From positions 62,001 through 126,000 of IMG/VR virus record IMGVR_UViG_3300032046_000001: DNA of 64,000 nucleotides; one strand, given 5' to 3'. The position numbers and the translations under genes are program-made. Shown in pieces: positions 1 through 9,279 of this stretch. Positions within the stretch are counted from its first letter, which is position 1. Each line of letters begins with the position of its first letter. The notes under the pieces were generated by a model. The model worked only from the letters and a program-made list of their open reading frames with translations. It had not been told where the DNA came from and ran no database searches.

Positions 1-131
1 ATCAAACAAAATTACAAGGAATGTTGAATAGGGCTAAAACTATAGCGGCCAAACAAGGCAAAGAAAATGATTTACCAACAGTAGTTGGGATAATTCAACA
101 ATTCTTTAAAGAAGAAGAACTGGATTATTAG
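1..131 (+). CDS. 3' end of a hypothetical protein (partial)
   Basis: Open frame from nt 3 (QTKLQGMLNRAK...EEELDY) to TAG at 129-131, followed by a terminator. Confidence 0.6.
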   Translation, partial: QTKLQGMLNRAKTIAAKQGKENDLPTVVGIIQQFFKEEELDY

Positions 132-138
132 AATGTTG

Positions 139-171
139 AGGGAACTTGTTAAAACGAGTTCCCTATTTTTT
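139..171 (+). terminator. Rho-independent terminator
   Basis: AGGGAACTTG-ttaaaa-CGAGTTCCCT stem followed by a T-run. Confidence 0.75.
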
Positions 172-193
172 ATGAAAAAGAGAAGGATGTATA

Positions 194-1438
194 ATGAATA
201 ATAATGGATTGAATATGACTGGAATACAACCACCAACAAAACTTGAAATGAGCGAATTTGGAATTTCACAAAACAATGTGAGTATTGTTGAGACAGTGGA
301 AGAAATAAAGAAGAACCCGCCTAATATCGTTGTAGCAGAATGTATGAACGACGTTGCCTTTATTCAAAATCGCTATAAATTACAGAAGATGTATAAAAAA
401 ATACAATATTGTATGAGTCTTGGTGTATATACTCAATTACGATTTGATACTAAAAGAAATATGAAGATTCTACGACCCGGAAAATATAAATTTAAAAATA
501 TTTATAAACCATATAATGGACAAAATTTAAATAATAAAAAATTGTTAATTTGGAGGACAGGTGGAATCGGTGATCTTTTATTTATAAATCCAATTATACG
601 ATATATAAAAGAAATATATCCAACATGTAAGATTTCATTAGCATGTGGACCTCAATATCAACCGATGGTTGAGACATTTGAAGGCATTGATAATTTGTAT
701 GATTTACCGTTCAACGCCTCAATTCTTTTTGATAATAATTATCATGCCATATTTGAAGGTGTTATTGAACGGACAAAAGAGGCTGAAAAAACCAACGCTT
801 ATGTTTTATTTGCCAAGTCTCTTGGATTGAATATTCCAGTTGAAAAACTGGTTCCTCATCAGAAACCTAAAGAAGATAAAGTTGAGGAATGTAAGAAGAT
901 TTTAGACACTTGGAAAATATCAGATAAACCATTTATATTATTACAACCAAGAGCTAGTTCGCCAATCAGAACACCAAGAACTGATTTTTGGAAACAGATA
1001 ATTAATAAATTAATCAGTCTTGATTATAATGTTATTTTGACCGATTCACCACATCAGAAAGAAAAATTAGATAACTTTATAGCAGAACTTGAAAATAAAA
1101 ACAGAGTTTTTAATTTTTGTGGACATTCAAAATCACTTGATTATACAATTGCATTAGCATCACTTGCTAATCTTATAGTAGCGACCGATTCAGCTCTAAT
1201 TCATATTGGAGCTTCATTGGGTAAGAAAGTTTTTGGAGTGTATGGTCCATTTCCTGGTGATATTCGAATGGCAACATATCCTAATTCTCGATGGGTAGAA
1301 CCACACAATTATAAATGCTGTCCTTGTTTTCGCCACGGCCACCTGAGTTGTGAGTACTCACGAAATTCATATCCTACTTGTTATGACCAAATCGACATGA
1401 ATGAGTGTTATGAAAAAATAGAAGAATTGTTAAGTTAA
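194..1438 (+). CDS. GT9-family glycosyltransferase (ADP-heptose:LPS heptosyltransferase-like)
   Basis: RTGGIGDLL N-terminal motif; ATDSALIHIGASLG and VYGP motifs; C-terminal CxPC. Confidence 0.85.
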   Translation: MNNNGLNMTGIQPPTKLEMSEFGISQNNVSIVETVEEIKKNPPNIVVAECMNDVAFIQNRYKLQKMYKKIQYCMSLGVYTQLRFDTKRNMKILRPGKYKFKNIYKPYNGQNLNNKKLLIWRTGGIGDLLFINPIIRYIKEIYPTCKISLACGPQYQPMVETFEGIDNLYDLPFNASILFDNNYHAIFEGVIERTKEAEKTNAYVLFAKSLGLNIPVEKLVPHQKPKEDKVEECKKILDTWKISDKPFILLQPRASSPIRTPRTDFWKQIINKLISLDYNVILTDSPHQKEKLDNFIAELENKNRVFNFCGHSKSLDYTIALASLANLIVATDSALIHIGASLGKKVFGVYGPFPGDIRMATYPNSRWVEPHNYKCCPCFRHGHLSCEYSRNSYPTCYDQIDMNECYEKIEELLS

Positions 1439-1448
1439 GGAATTATGA

Positions 1449-2282
1449 ATGATTAAAATATTTATTTCAGTTCGTAATCGTTTAGAAATAACAAAAAAAT
1501 GTATAGAAGCTCTTGAACGTCACTCAGTGATACCTCATGATATTTATATTTATGATAATTCTACAAATTATCGTTTACGTGAACATTGGGAGTATTTTTA
1601 TAATTTATACAAGAATGGATTGATTGTTCAGTGTATTTTTAACACAGATATATCGACATTTAATGCTTTTTCAAAAGCTGTTTCTTGTAATCAGTTTGGT
1701 CAAACTCACATGTTAGATCCAAAATGGAATCAGTGTGATTTTCTAACTATACTGGATAATGATATAATCGTTATGCCTGGATGGGATGAAATTATTAAAA
1801 AAACTTGGAAAGAAGTTAGAAATGATAATAATTTAAAAAATAAAATAAAAATTATTGGTCAAAGTCCTGGAGGAATTAAAGGATCTAAATTTGATAAAAA
1901 AATTGCTGGATATGATATTAGAATCGGAAAATATGGAGGTAGTGGATTTTGGACCGTACAATCAGATTTTTTTAAAACAATTGGCTTTCTTGATTTGACT
2001 AAACTGGTTGGTCATAATAAAAGACACGATTCTCAATATTGGGAATTATTAGAAAAAATTAATAAGGGTGAACCTTATATACTTGGTATTGATAAAAAAC
2101 TCTGTATTCATTGTGGAAAAATATCAGGTTCTATTTGTAATACTCTTACAAGAAATAAATTAAATAAAAACAAACTTGATCTTGTCAAATTTGAAGATGC
2201 CGAGAAAAATATAGAATCAATGAATTTTAACGAATTTATGAAATTTATTGAAAATGATAAATCAATGATAAAGGACTGGTAA
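1449..2282 (+). CDS. GT2-like glycosyltransferase (GT-A fold)
   Basis: IFISVRNR, YDNST, and LDND (DxD) motifs. Confidence 0.75.
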   Translation: MIKIFISVRNRLEITKKCIEALERHSVIPHDIYIYDNSTNYRLREHWEYFYNLYKNGLIVQCIFNTDISTFNAFSKAVSCNQFGQTHMLDPKWNQCDFLTILDNDIIVMPGWDEIIKKTWKEVRNDNNLKNKIKIIGQSPGGIKGSKFDKKIAGYDIRIGKYGGSGFWTVQSDFFKTIGFLDLTKLVGHNKRHDSQYWELLEKINKGEPYILGIDKKLCIHCGKISGSICNTLTRNKLNKNKLDLVKFEDAEKNIESMNFNEFMKFIENDKSMIKDW

Positions 2283-2284
2283 TT

Positions 2285-2875
2285 ATGAAAATAGATGAAA
2301 ATACAAAAATTGAAACTTGGAGAATTATAGATGATTTTCCAGACTACCAAATTAGTAATTTTGGTAGAGTGAAATCACTAAAGTTTAGAAAAGAAAAAAT
2401 TAAAAAATTGTTGATAGATCACAAGGGATACTTATATACTAAGTTATGGACTAATGGTAAAAATAAAAATAAAAAAGTTCATATTCTAATTTATGAGTCT
2501 TTTAATAATTATAAATTAAAATCGAATGAGTGTATTCATCATATTGACTTTAATACAGAAAATAATAGTATTGATAATTTTAAATTAATGACATTATATG
2601 ACCATAAGTGTCTTCACCGTACTGGTATAAATAATCCAATTTTTGGAAAAAATCATACATATAAAGCTAAAATAAAAATGAGTCAAAATAGTAGAACTCA
2701 TAAATTAGAAGAATGGAAAGTTAAAGCGATACATCAAATTTCAAATTCTCCAATTATAAAACAATTAAAAATAACTCAAGAAGAAATTGGTAAAGTATTT
2801 GAAATTAATGAAAGAACTGTTTCTGCAATAAAAAATAAAAAAATTTGGAATCACGTTTTAGAGAATTTATCATGA
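2285..2875 (+). CDS. NUMOD4-HNH homing endonuclease with C-terminal HTH
   Basis: WRIIDDFPDYQISNFGRVKS (NUMOD4), IHHIDFNTENN (HNH), TQEEIGKVFEI (HTH). Confidence 0.85.
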   Translation: MKIDENTKIETWRIIDDFPDYQISNFGRVKSLKFRKEKIKKLLIDHKGYLYTKLWTNGKNKNKKVHILIYESFNNYKLKSNECIHHIDFNTENNSIDNFKLMTLYDHKCLHRTGINNPIFGKNHTYKAKIKMSQNSRTHKLEEWKVKAIHQISNSPIIKQLKITQEEIGKVFEINERTVSAIKNKKIWNHVLENLS

Positions 2876-3744
2876 AAGAACGAGCTATATTATTTGGACC
2901 ATTTATTGGTGAATTAGGTTGGGAAATACTTCGATTTTCACCACTGGTTCCATATCATAAAAAACATAACCCTGATGCTAAAATTGTTGTTTTGACAAGA
3001 CCTGATAGATTTGATCTTTATGGTGAATATGCTGATATTCTTGTTTCATTAAATATAGACGGAAAATATAAAGCCGATTGTTATAGAGCAATCGGTTTTC
3101 CTATGGAAGAATATAAACAACTTACAGACCGTTTGTATAATCAGTTCTCAAAAAAATTTAATATTATAACACATATATTTCCCAATATTTCTGGAAAAAA
3201 TTTCGCTAATAAAAATCAATATTCGCAAAAACAATTGAAATACAAGTGGAAACCAAGATTGGCTAATGGTGAAGCCATCAAAAATTATATATTAAATGAT
3301 AAACAATCAATAGTACTTGCTCCAAGATTTAGAGATGGTTTACGTCGTAATTGGCCACATTGGAAAGAATTATATGATCTAATCAGTAATCACGATATCT
3401 ATAAGAAGTATAACTTTATTATTTGTGGTAAACCACCAGATTACATTCCAGATGAAAAAAATAGATTTTATGATATAAATAAAATTAAATTAAATAGTGA
3501 AATATCAACAATAGGTCTTACAATCGAGGCAATCAAAAGATCAATATTGACTGTTGGTTCACAATCAGGCATTCCAAATTTATCAATGATGATGGGGATT
3601 CCTGTATTGGAATGGGGTCATCAACGTCATCTACACGAATCTACTTATAATGTTAAAAAAACAAAAATTTATTTTTTAGATGATATGAAATACAATTTAG
3701 ATCCAAAAATAATTTTCAGTAAAATGATAGAAATTTTAAAATAA
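2872..3744 (+). CDS. GT-B-fold glycosyltransferase (GT9-like)
   Basis: GPFIGELGW and VGSQSGIPNLSMMMGIP motifs; ATG at 2872 overlaps the upstream TGA; paralog of 13430. Confidence 0.6.
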   Translation: MKERAILFGPFIGELGWEILRFSPLVPYHKKHNPDAKIVVLTRPDRFDLYGEYADILVSLNIDGKYKADCYRAIGFPMEEYKQLTDRLYNQFSKKFNIITHIFPNISGKNFANKNQYSQKQLKYKWKPRLANGEAIKNYILNDKQSIVLAPRFRDGLRRNWPHWKELYDLISNHDIYKKYNFIICGKPPDYIPDEKNRFYDINKIKLNSEISTIGLTIEAIKRSILTVGSQSGIPNLSMMMGIPVLEWGHQRHLHESTYNVKKTKIYFLDDMKYNLDPKIIFSKMIEILK

Positions 3745-4583
3745 TGAATAATCATTACTATATTTATATCTATTTAGATCCTCGTAAATCTGGAAAATAT
3801 TGCTATAGTGATATTTGTTTTTTATTTGAACCTTTATATATTGGTAAAGGAAAAGATAAACGATATAAAAGACTTGATAATAGAAATAATTTATTTAAAA
3901 ATAAAATAAATAGAATTAAAAAATGTGGATATGAATTAATTGTTTTTAAATTACACGAAAATTTAAATGAAGAACAATCATTCGAATTAGAGAAAAAATT
4001 AATAAAAGAAATTGGTAGAATTGACTTAAACACTGGTTTACTCGTCAATATGACCGATGGTGGAGAAGGAAGTAGTGGATGTGTTATTTCAGAAGAAACA
4101 AAAAATAATATTAAAAAAAGAATGATTGGTAAAAACAATCCAATGTTTGGAAAATGTGTATACGGTATGTTGGGAAAAAAACATAAAGAGGAATCAAGGA
4201 GATTAATATCTGAAAAAGCAAGCGGTAGAAAATTATCAAGAGAAATTAAGAAAAAATTCTCTAATTCAAAAATTGGTAAGTTCAATCCAATGTACAAAAA
4301 TATTATTTATTTTGATATAAATACTAAATTACCAGTAAAACAGATTGGAGAAAAAAATCCATCATCAAAGTTATCTGAAAAAGATGTTATAAATATATGG
4401 TTTGATATTTTAAATAAAAAATTAACTCAAACTGAAATAGCTAAAAAATTTAATATTGAAAAAACAACAGTGTATAATATAAAAACTGGAAGAAAATGGA
4501 AACATATATACTATAATTTAAAAATAATATTTTTGAATAAATTAATATATATTTTAAAAATAAAACATAGGGAGAGACTTTAA
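3744..4583 (+). CDS. GIY-YIG-like homing endonuclease with NUMOD3 and HTH
   Basis: YIYIYLDPR...YIGKG..R, NMTDGGEG, NPMFGK, TQTEIAKKF. Confidence 0.8.
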   Translation: MNNHYYIYIYLDPRKSGKYCYSDICFLFEPLYIGKGKDKRYKRLDNRNNLFKNKINRIKKCGYELIVFKLHENLNEEQSFELEKKLIKEIGRIDLNTGLLVNMTDGGEGSSGCVISEETKNNIKKRMIGKNNPMFGKCVYGMLGKKHKEESRRLISEKASGRKLSREIKKKFSNSKIGKFNPMYKNIIYFDINTKLPVKQIGEKNPSSKLSEKDVINIWFDILNKKLTQTEIAKKFNIEKTTVYNIKTGRKWKHIYYNLKIIFLNKLIYILKIKHRERL

Positions 4584-4596
4584 AGTCTCTCCCTAT
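4567..4596. terminator. Bidirectional terminator (perfect 30-bp palindrome)
   Basis: ATAGGGAGAGACTTT/AAAGTCTCTCCCTAT between convergent genes. Confidence 0.75.
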
Positions 4597-4625
4597 TAGT
4601 CCATCAAGACTACAAATTTCAATAA

Positions 4626-5876
4626 TTAATTATCAAATTTCCATGAAGAATTTGCCAAAAGTTGTTCTTTTTCAGTTTTAACATACTCTAATGCAGCCTT
4701 ACGAGATTCATCAGATGTTAGACCAGAAAATATAACGGTACGGAATCGATACGATCGAGTATACGAACCCCACAACGGCCATAATTTTTCACCCAAAAGA
4801 GATGGTTTTGTGTCTGAAGATCTATTCTGAAGAATTGCTTGCTTCATACAAGGAATCTGAATTGTTCCTTCACTGGTTGTTGGAATGTGGAGAGAAAGTT
4901 CTGTTATCCACTTATCATGTTGATATAGAGTAGTCATGTGATATGTTCCAATTTGGATATTAGCCTGTGGGTTAACACCATGATAATACTTATTCATATC
5001 AGATCGATAGAGAATGAAATCAAATTGCTCCTTTATATGATTTTCATTATTGAATGTATCGATGATCACTTCAATACATTCTTTTTTTCTGTCTTCGATC
5101 CCCGGACGAGTTGGGGTTGTGAGTTGATGTTTTAAATATCTTTTATCATCAGTTGATAGATAAATTTCAATCACGCCTTCCCACTCAGTACCATTAAAAC
5201 AAGTAGTTGTTATAATACATCCTATATGGATATTACCAAGAATAATCGGTGTATGACACGTTGTCTTTGACATATAGGAATTAATTTCCCGACTGATATT
5301 GTTGACTAATTGAAGACATTCAGCCAACGCAGTTTCACGATTCTCTGACTTTGGAATCCATTTAAAGAAGGTTCTAGTAGGACTTGCTTCAGTGAATCGA
5401 AATCCCCACATATCAGAAAATTCTTCACCGAAAGTAATATTACTATCACTGAGTCCTCTAAGAAGAACGTCCGGTAAAACAAGATATAGTCTCAGGAAAT
5501 CTCTGGGTTGATTATAATCTTCCACAACAAAATACCAACCTTGGTATGATGCCATAGGAAGAGTTCCATGAACAAGAGGATTGCGATCTATAATGGCTTC
5601 TTGAACAGATGGAGGAGTTTGATTATCGGAGATTCTCCAAAGTCGGTCGATTGCCATAGGATCATATAAATTACCACCATCACACCTAAAAACTTTTTGT
5701 AGAATTCTTCCATCTTTTATATAAACAGCATCTATACCCATATTAAATTTGGTGGCATCAAAAGATATAAATTCACCAGAATAACATTGACCGTTGATAA
5801 GGGCAATAAATCTTTTTCCGAGAGGAAGTTCAACATTACGACAATCAAGATCGATTTCTTCAAATTTTGGAAACAT
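4626..5876 (-). CDS. Hypothetical protein
   Basis: Long ORF; SD AAAGGAG upstream of ATG at 5876. Confidence 0.7.
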   Translation of the reverse strand: MFPKFEEIDLDCRNVELPLGKRFIALINGQCYSGEFISFDATKFNMGIDAVYIKDGRILQKVFRCDGGNLYDPMAIDRLWRISDNQTPPSVQEAIIDRNPLVHGTLPMASYQGWYFVVEDYNQPRDFLRLYLVLPDVLLRGLSDSNITFGEEFSDMWGFRFTEASPTRTFFKWIPKSENRETALAECLQLVNNISREINSYMSKTTCHTPIILGNIHIGCIITTTCFNGTEWEGVIEIYLSTDDKRYLKHQLTTPTRPGIEDRKKECIEVIIDTFNNENHIKEQFDFILYRSDMNKYYHGVNPQANIQIGTYHMTTLYQHDKWITELSLHIPTTSEGTIQIPCMKQAILQNRSSDTKPSLLGEKLWPLWGSYTRSYRFRTVIFSGLTSDESRKAALEYVKTEKEQLLANSSWKFDN

Positions 5877-5895
5877 TGTTAGTTCTCCTTTCAAG

Positions 5896-6423
5896 TTAAA
5901 TTCGTTTAAATATTTCCCAGTTTTTCTTAAATTCTTCCTGAACCGATGGAATAATTATTGGAGGTAATTTACCTTCAAGTGACCTTCCATACAAAAGATC
6001 ATCTCTAATTTCAGTTGCTGATACCTTTGGTGTTGTCCCATCAAACCGATTCATAAGTTGTATTTTTCGACCAGATTTTATGAAGAACTCAACATCCTCT
6101 TCACACCCGCCAAAGAAAACGAGATCTCGATGTGGTGCAGTGGATGAATTACCAAATACTGTTAATAAAATATCATCAAGTGCCGATAACCAAAATTCAT
6201 CAGAATTATAATCAGGTATTCCAACAATTGGAAATGGTTCTGGATAAATCATTCTGATAAATTTTTTTCGTTGTTCGTATGAAAAAAAGTGTCTCATTGA
6301 CATTGAATTTGTTGATGAACCTATAACAACAAGACACTTCGCGCACATCTCAAACATCATATTGATGACGGTGGTGTGACCTCTATGTATTGGGTTAAAT
6401 CTACCAATGAAGACTCCTCGCAT
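5896..6423 (-). CDS. NMN adenylyltransferase / cytidylyltransferase-family protein (NadM-like)
   Basis: GRFNPIHRGH (HxGH) and VSATEIR motifs. Confidence 0.8.
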   Translation of the reverse strand: MRGVFIGRFNPIHRGHTTVINMMFEMCAKCLVVIGSSTNSMSMRHFFSYEQRKKFIRMIYPEPFPIVGIPDYNSDEFWLSALDDILLTVFGNSSTAPHRDLVFFGGCEEDVEFFIKSGRKIQLMNRFDGTTPKVSATEIRDDLLYGRSLEGKLPPIIIPSVQEEFKKNWEIFKRI

Positions 6424-6764
6424 GGTTTTTCCTCCTCGTCTTTATAAAATATTTTTTCTTCTTCACTAATTCGATTTAAAACATGATTTAAAGTTACATC
6501 CTGAAAATTATAATTGATGATTCTCTTCTTTTCGATACTGTTAGCACCGGATGTCAATGTTCCCCAATTATCATCCAACTCTGAACCGAAAAATTTACCA
6601 TTTCTTTTATAGTCCACTCTGAGTTCACCAACACGATTAACCGGGAGGAAAATGACCAAACTAATGCTATTAATATTTTCAGTTATCTCATATATTCCCC
6701 TTCCGCTAAAAAAAGTTTCTAATGGAAAACCCTTACCAGTTACAGTCATAATCATTCTTAACAT
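6357..6764 (-). CDS. Hypothetical protein
   Basis: ORF with SD AGGAG; first gene after the 14-nt motif. Confidence 0.55.
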   Translation of the reverse strand: MLRMIMTVTGKGFPLETFFSGRGIYEITENINSISLVIFLPVNRVGELRVDYKRNGKFFGSELDDNWGTLTSGANSIEKKRIINYNFQDVTLNHVLNRISEEEKIFYKDEEEKPCEESSLVDLTQYIEVTPPSSI

Positions 6765-6806
6765 GACATCACTCTCCTATTTAAAAAATAGATTATTAAT
6801 CTCATA

Positions 6807-6820
6807 TATTAATATATATA
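6807..6820 (-). promoter_or_regulatory. Putative promoter motif TATATATATTAATA (copy 1)
   Basis: Exact 14-mer found four times, always heading a minus-strand gene island. Confidence 0.6.
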
Positions 6821-6885
6821 GAAGATTGTTTATTTGTGGGAACAAATTTTAAATTATAATAACAAATAAATGAGGAAATAATTGA

Positions 6886-7395
6886 ATGAGTACTTCGAGT
6901 AGTAAATTAAGAGAGATGATCAATAATGCTGATCAACAAGCAGAGGATATTGATAACAGTGTTACTCAAATCGATACTCAACTCACTGAACTACAATCTC
7001 AACATGATGCAATACGTGAAGGACTATTGGATGTTATTACTGGTGATATGACCAGTTATTTAGAGATTACAAAGATAGTTGAAGTTGGTGGTGATTCTGT
7101 TATATATGAAACGGACTTCGGCCAATCAACAGTCGCAACATTTCATATACTTGATTCGACGGGCGTCCCCATATATTCGTATCAATCTGTAGGATGGGAT
7201 GATGACACTAGTATTCAAACATGGGTAATACAATTCGATTTCGGATGGAATTATATTCACCAACCAATCGGTATTGATGGGACGTTTGGTATTCAATCAA
7301 GAATTGATCAATTAGAAAATGCAAAAGGACTTCTAACAGCAAATAAAAACAAAATAGAAAATTCAAAAACAATATTTGAAGATTATGCTATTTAA
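6886..7395 (+). CDS. Hypothetical protein (acidic, coiled-coil ends; possibly virion)
   Basis: 169-aa ORF with SD GAGG. Confidence 0.6.
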   Translation: MSTSSSKLREMINNADQQAEDIDNSVTQIDTQLTELQSQHDAIREGLLDVITGDMTSYLEITKIVEVGGDSVIYETDFGQSTVATFHILDSTGVPIYSYQSVGWDDDTSIQTWVIQFDFGWNYIHQPIGIDGTFGIQSRIDQLENAKGLLTANKNKIENSKTIFEDYAI

Positions 7396-7406
7396 AAAAT
7401 TTTTAT

Positions 7407-7500
7407 AAGAGAGATAGAGATTGCAACTCGAAAAGAAGTAATCCGAAACTTCCTTCTCTCTTTAATATAATTCGGAAATAACAATCGGAGGTTATAAAAA
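7407..7500 (+). ncRNA. Structured leader RNA, copy 1 (three-way junction plus pseudoknot) upstream of an HNH gene
   Basis: P1 7407-14/7455-62, P2 7417-19/7427-29, P3 7435-39/7448-52; loop TCCGAA complementary to TTCGGA (7471) and to the SD region TCGGAG (7485). Confidence 0.75.
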
Positions 7501-8088
7501 ATGAAAATATTTGAAAATTTAGACTTACGAGATTTAGATAAAGAAGTTTGGAAAACTATAGAAGAATATCCAGATTATCAAATTAGTAACTTGGGTAGAG
7601 TTAAAAGTTTTAAAAATAATTGTGGTATAGATGTTAAAATATTAAAACAAATAAAAGATAAAAATGGATATCTAATTATTGATTTATATAAGAACGGAAA
7701 ATCAAAACTTAAAAAAGTTCATCGTCTTGTTTATGAAACTCATACAGGAAAATTAGAAGAAGATTATGATGCTCATCATGTAAATGAAGATAAAGAAAAT
7801 AATTTTGTTGGGAATTTAGAAACTAAAGAACATGGAAAACACTCAAAAGATCATCATAAAGATAAAATAATTTCAAAAGAAATAAGAATAAAAATGAGTA
7901 ATACAAGAAAGGAAAGATATAAAAAAGAAAATCATCCAAATTATAAAATAACAAATCAAAAAATTATTGATATCGTCGTTGATATAGAAAAAGGAGATTT
8001 AACACAAGTAGAAATAGCTAAAAAACATGGAGTTGGTCAAACAACAGTATCGTGTATAAAAACAGGAAAATTAAAATTTTATAATTAG
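7501..8088 (+). CDS. NUMOD4-HNH homing endonuclease
   Basis: WKTIEEYPDYQISNLGRVKS; VHRLV...AHHVNEDKENN; C-terminal HTH. Confidence 0.85.
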   Translation: MKIFENLDLRDLDKEVWKTIEEYPDYQISNLGRVKSFKNNCGIDVKILKQIKDKNGYLIIDLYKNGKSKLKKVHRLVYETHTGKLEEDYDAHHVNEDKENNFVGNLETKEHGKHSKDHHKDKIISKEIRIKMSNTRKERYKKENHPNYKITNQKIIDIVVDIEKGDLTQVEIAKKHGVGQTTVSCIKTGKLKFYN

Positions 8089-8097
8089 GAGAAAAAA

Positions 8098-8301
8098 ATG
8101 ATTGAGAATGCATGGTTAAAATTAGCAGAGTCAAGAATTGAATATTTAATTCGAAGATGTAAAGAAGAATCCGTCAAAGGAACTTTTGAAGGTTCTATAG
8201 ATCTTAACGAAGTTTCATATTTATTAAATGGAAGTAAAGTTGAAATTCAAAAACTTATGATAAAGAATCATCAACTAAAAGAAGAATTAGAAAAAAAATA
8301 A
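8098..8301 (+). CDS. Hypothetical protein
   Basis: SD AGGAG; 67 aa. Confidence 0.6.
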   Translation: MIENAWLKLAESRIEYLIRRCKEESVKGTFEGSIDLNEVSYLLNGSKVEIQKLMIKNHQLKEELEKK

Positions 8302-8308
8302 GACGATT

Positions 8309-8355
8309 CGAGCATGTTCAGATTTCCTCACTTAAGAAGAATCTGAACATGCTCG
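8309..8355. terminator. Bidirectional terminator
   Basis: 16-bp inverted repeat CGAGCATGTTCAGATT/AATCTGAACATGCTCG between convergent genes. Confidence 0.75.
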
Positions 8356-8361
8356 TTTCAG

Positions 8362-8856
8362 TCAATCAAACAACTGATTATATATTGAATCATATGGAGT
8401 GTGTTGAGGAAAACAATTTTTACCCCACACACCAGCACAGGCATCACCAAGTCCTGGTGAAGTTCTTGAAAGTTGAATAAGTTCGTCCAATGTATTTTTT
8501 ATCACTGGAAACTTTTCTGGTTGAAAGTGTTTATTACGGTATCCAATGATTAAAACTTGTTTGCCAATACCATCCAGATAATCACAAATACGATCGCTCC
8601 ATATATACTCAAAACTATTTGGATGGAGGTTAATTTGTAATCCATCACCAAACTTGAAAATAGATGCGATGTGTATCTCTGATTCTGGACAATATATAAA
8701 ATATCTTTGACGTGATTCATTGGATAAGAAAGTTTTTGGAGTGTATGGTCCATTCGTTGTGAGAATCATAATTCTTAATAATGAACCATAACCATATCGG
8801 CCTTGATGAATGTCGATAATTAATTTTCCATACAATCGTTCAAGAAATTTCGACAT
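8362..8856 (-). CDS. Hypothetical protein
   Basis: SD AGGAG; 164 aa. Confidence 0.65.
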   Translation of the reverse strand: MSKFLERLYGKLIIDIHQGRYGYGSLLRIMILTTNGPYTPKTFLSNESRQRYFIYCPESEIHIASIFKFGDGLQINLHPNSFEYIWSDRICDYLDGIGKQVLIIGYRNKHFQPEKFPVIKNTLDELIQLSRTSPGLGDACAGVWGKNCFPQHTPYDSIYNQLFD

Positions 8857-9036
8857 CGTAATCTCCTATTTATTACACAACATCTTTTGGAGCGTTTATG
8901 TGTTGTTTTGGACTTCCAAGGAGTGCCTCAATTATTAAAGTAGGTATACACGCGAATACCAAAAATAATACAAATATTATTACTAGTAAAGTTATCATTG
9001 TTTATCCCTTTCAATAAGGTCGAAATGACAGTATTG

Positions 9037-9252
9037 TCACATTTTCGAAAGTAAAGAATCAATACAAGTTGCAAATAACAAAACAAAAATATCTATCATT
9101 AAAATTATATCAACTACATTATTAAAAATGAATGATTTGTCATTGGGCTTAATGATTTTCATTTCGTACATTGCCGAGGTTCCAAGAATCATCATAGCAA
9201 ATATAATAATAATCATCACTGATACTATTTTTATAATCATCAAAATCATCAT
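9037..9252 (-). CDS. Small membrane protein (2 TM)
   Basis: Hydrophobic segments; SD GGAGG upstream of ATG at 9252. Confidence 0.55.
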   Translation of the reverse strand: MMILMIIKIVSVMIIIIFAMMILGTSAMYEMKIIKPNDKSFIFNNVVDIILMIDIFVLLFATCIDSLLSKM

Positions 9253-9279
9253 TTTTTTTTCCTCCAAGAAAGGTAACAT

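Noticed and set aside
3803-4297. Antisense and alternative-frame ORFs in the track (e.g. 3803-, 2108-, 35921-, 60816-, 51342-)
   Set aside because: They are shadows of well-supported genes, with no SD and no motifs.
7407-7462. Leader RNA as a type I hammerhead ribozyme (P1-P2-GAAA-P3 topology)
   Set aside because: The CUGANGA core is missing (the junction is only UA/AUA), and copy 2 has G at the would-be cleavage position.
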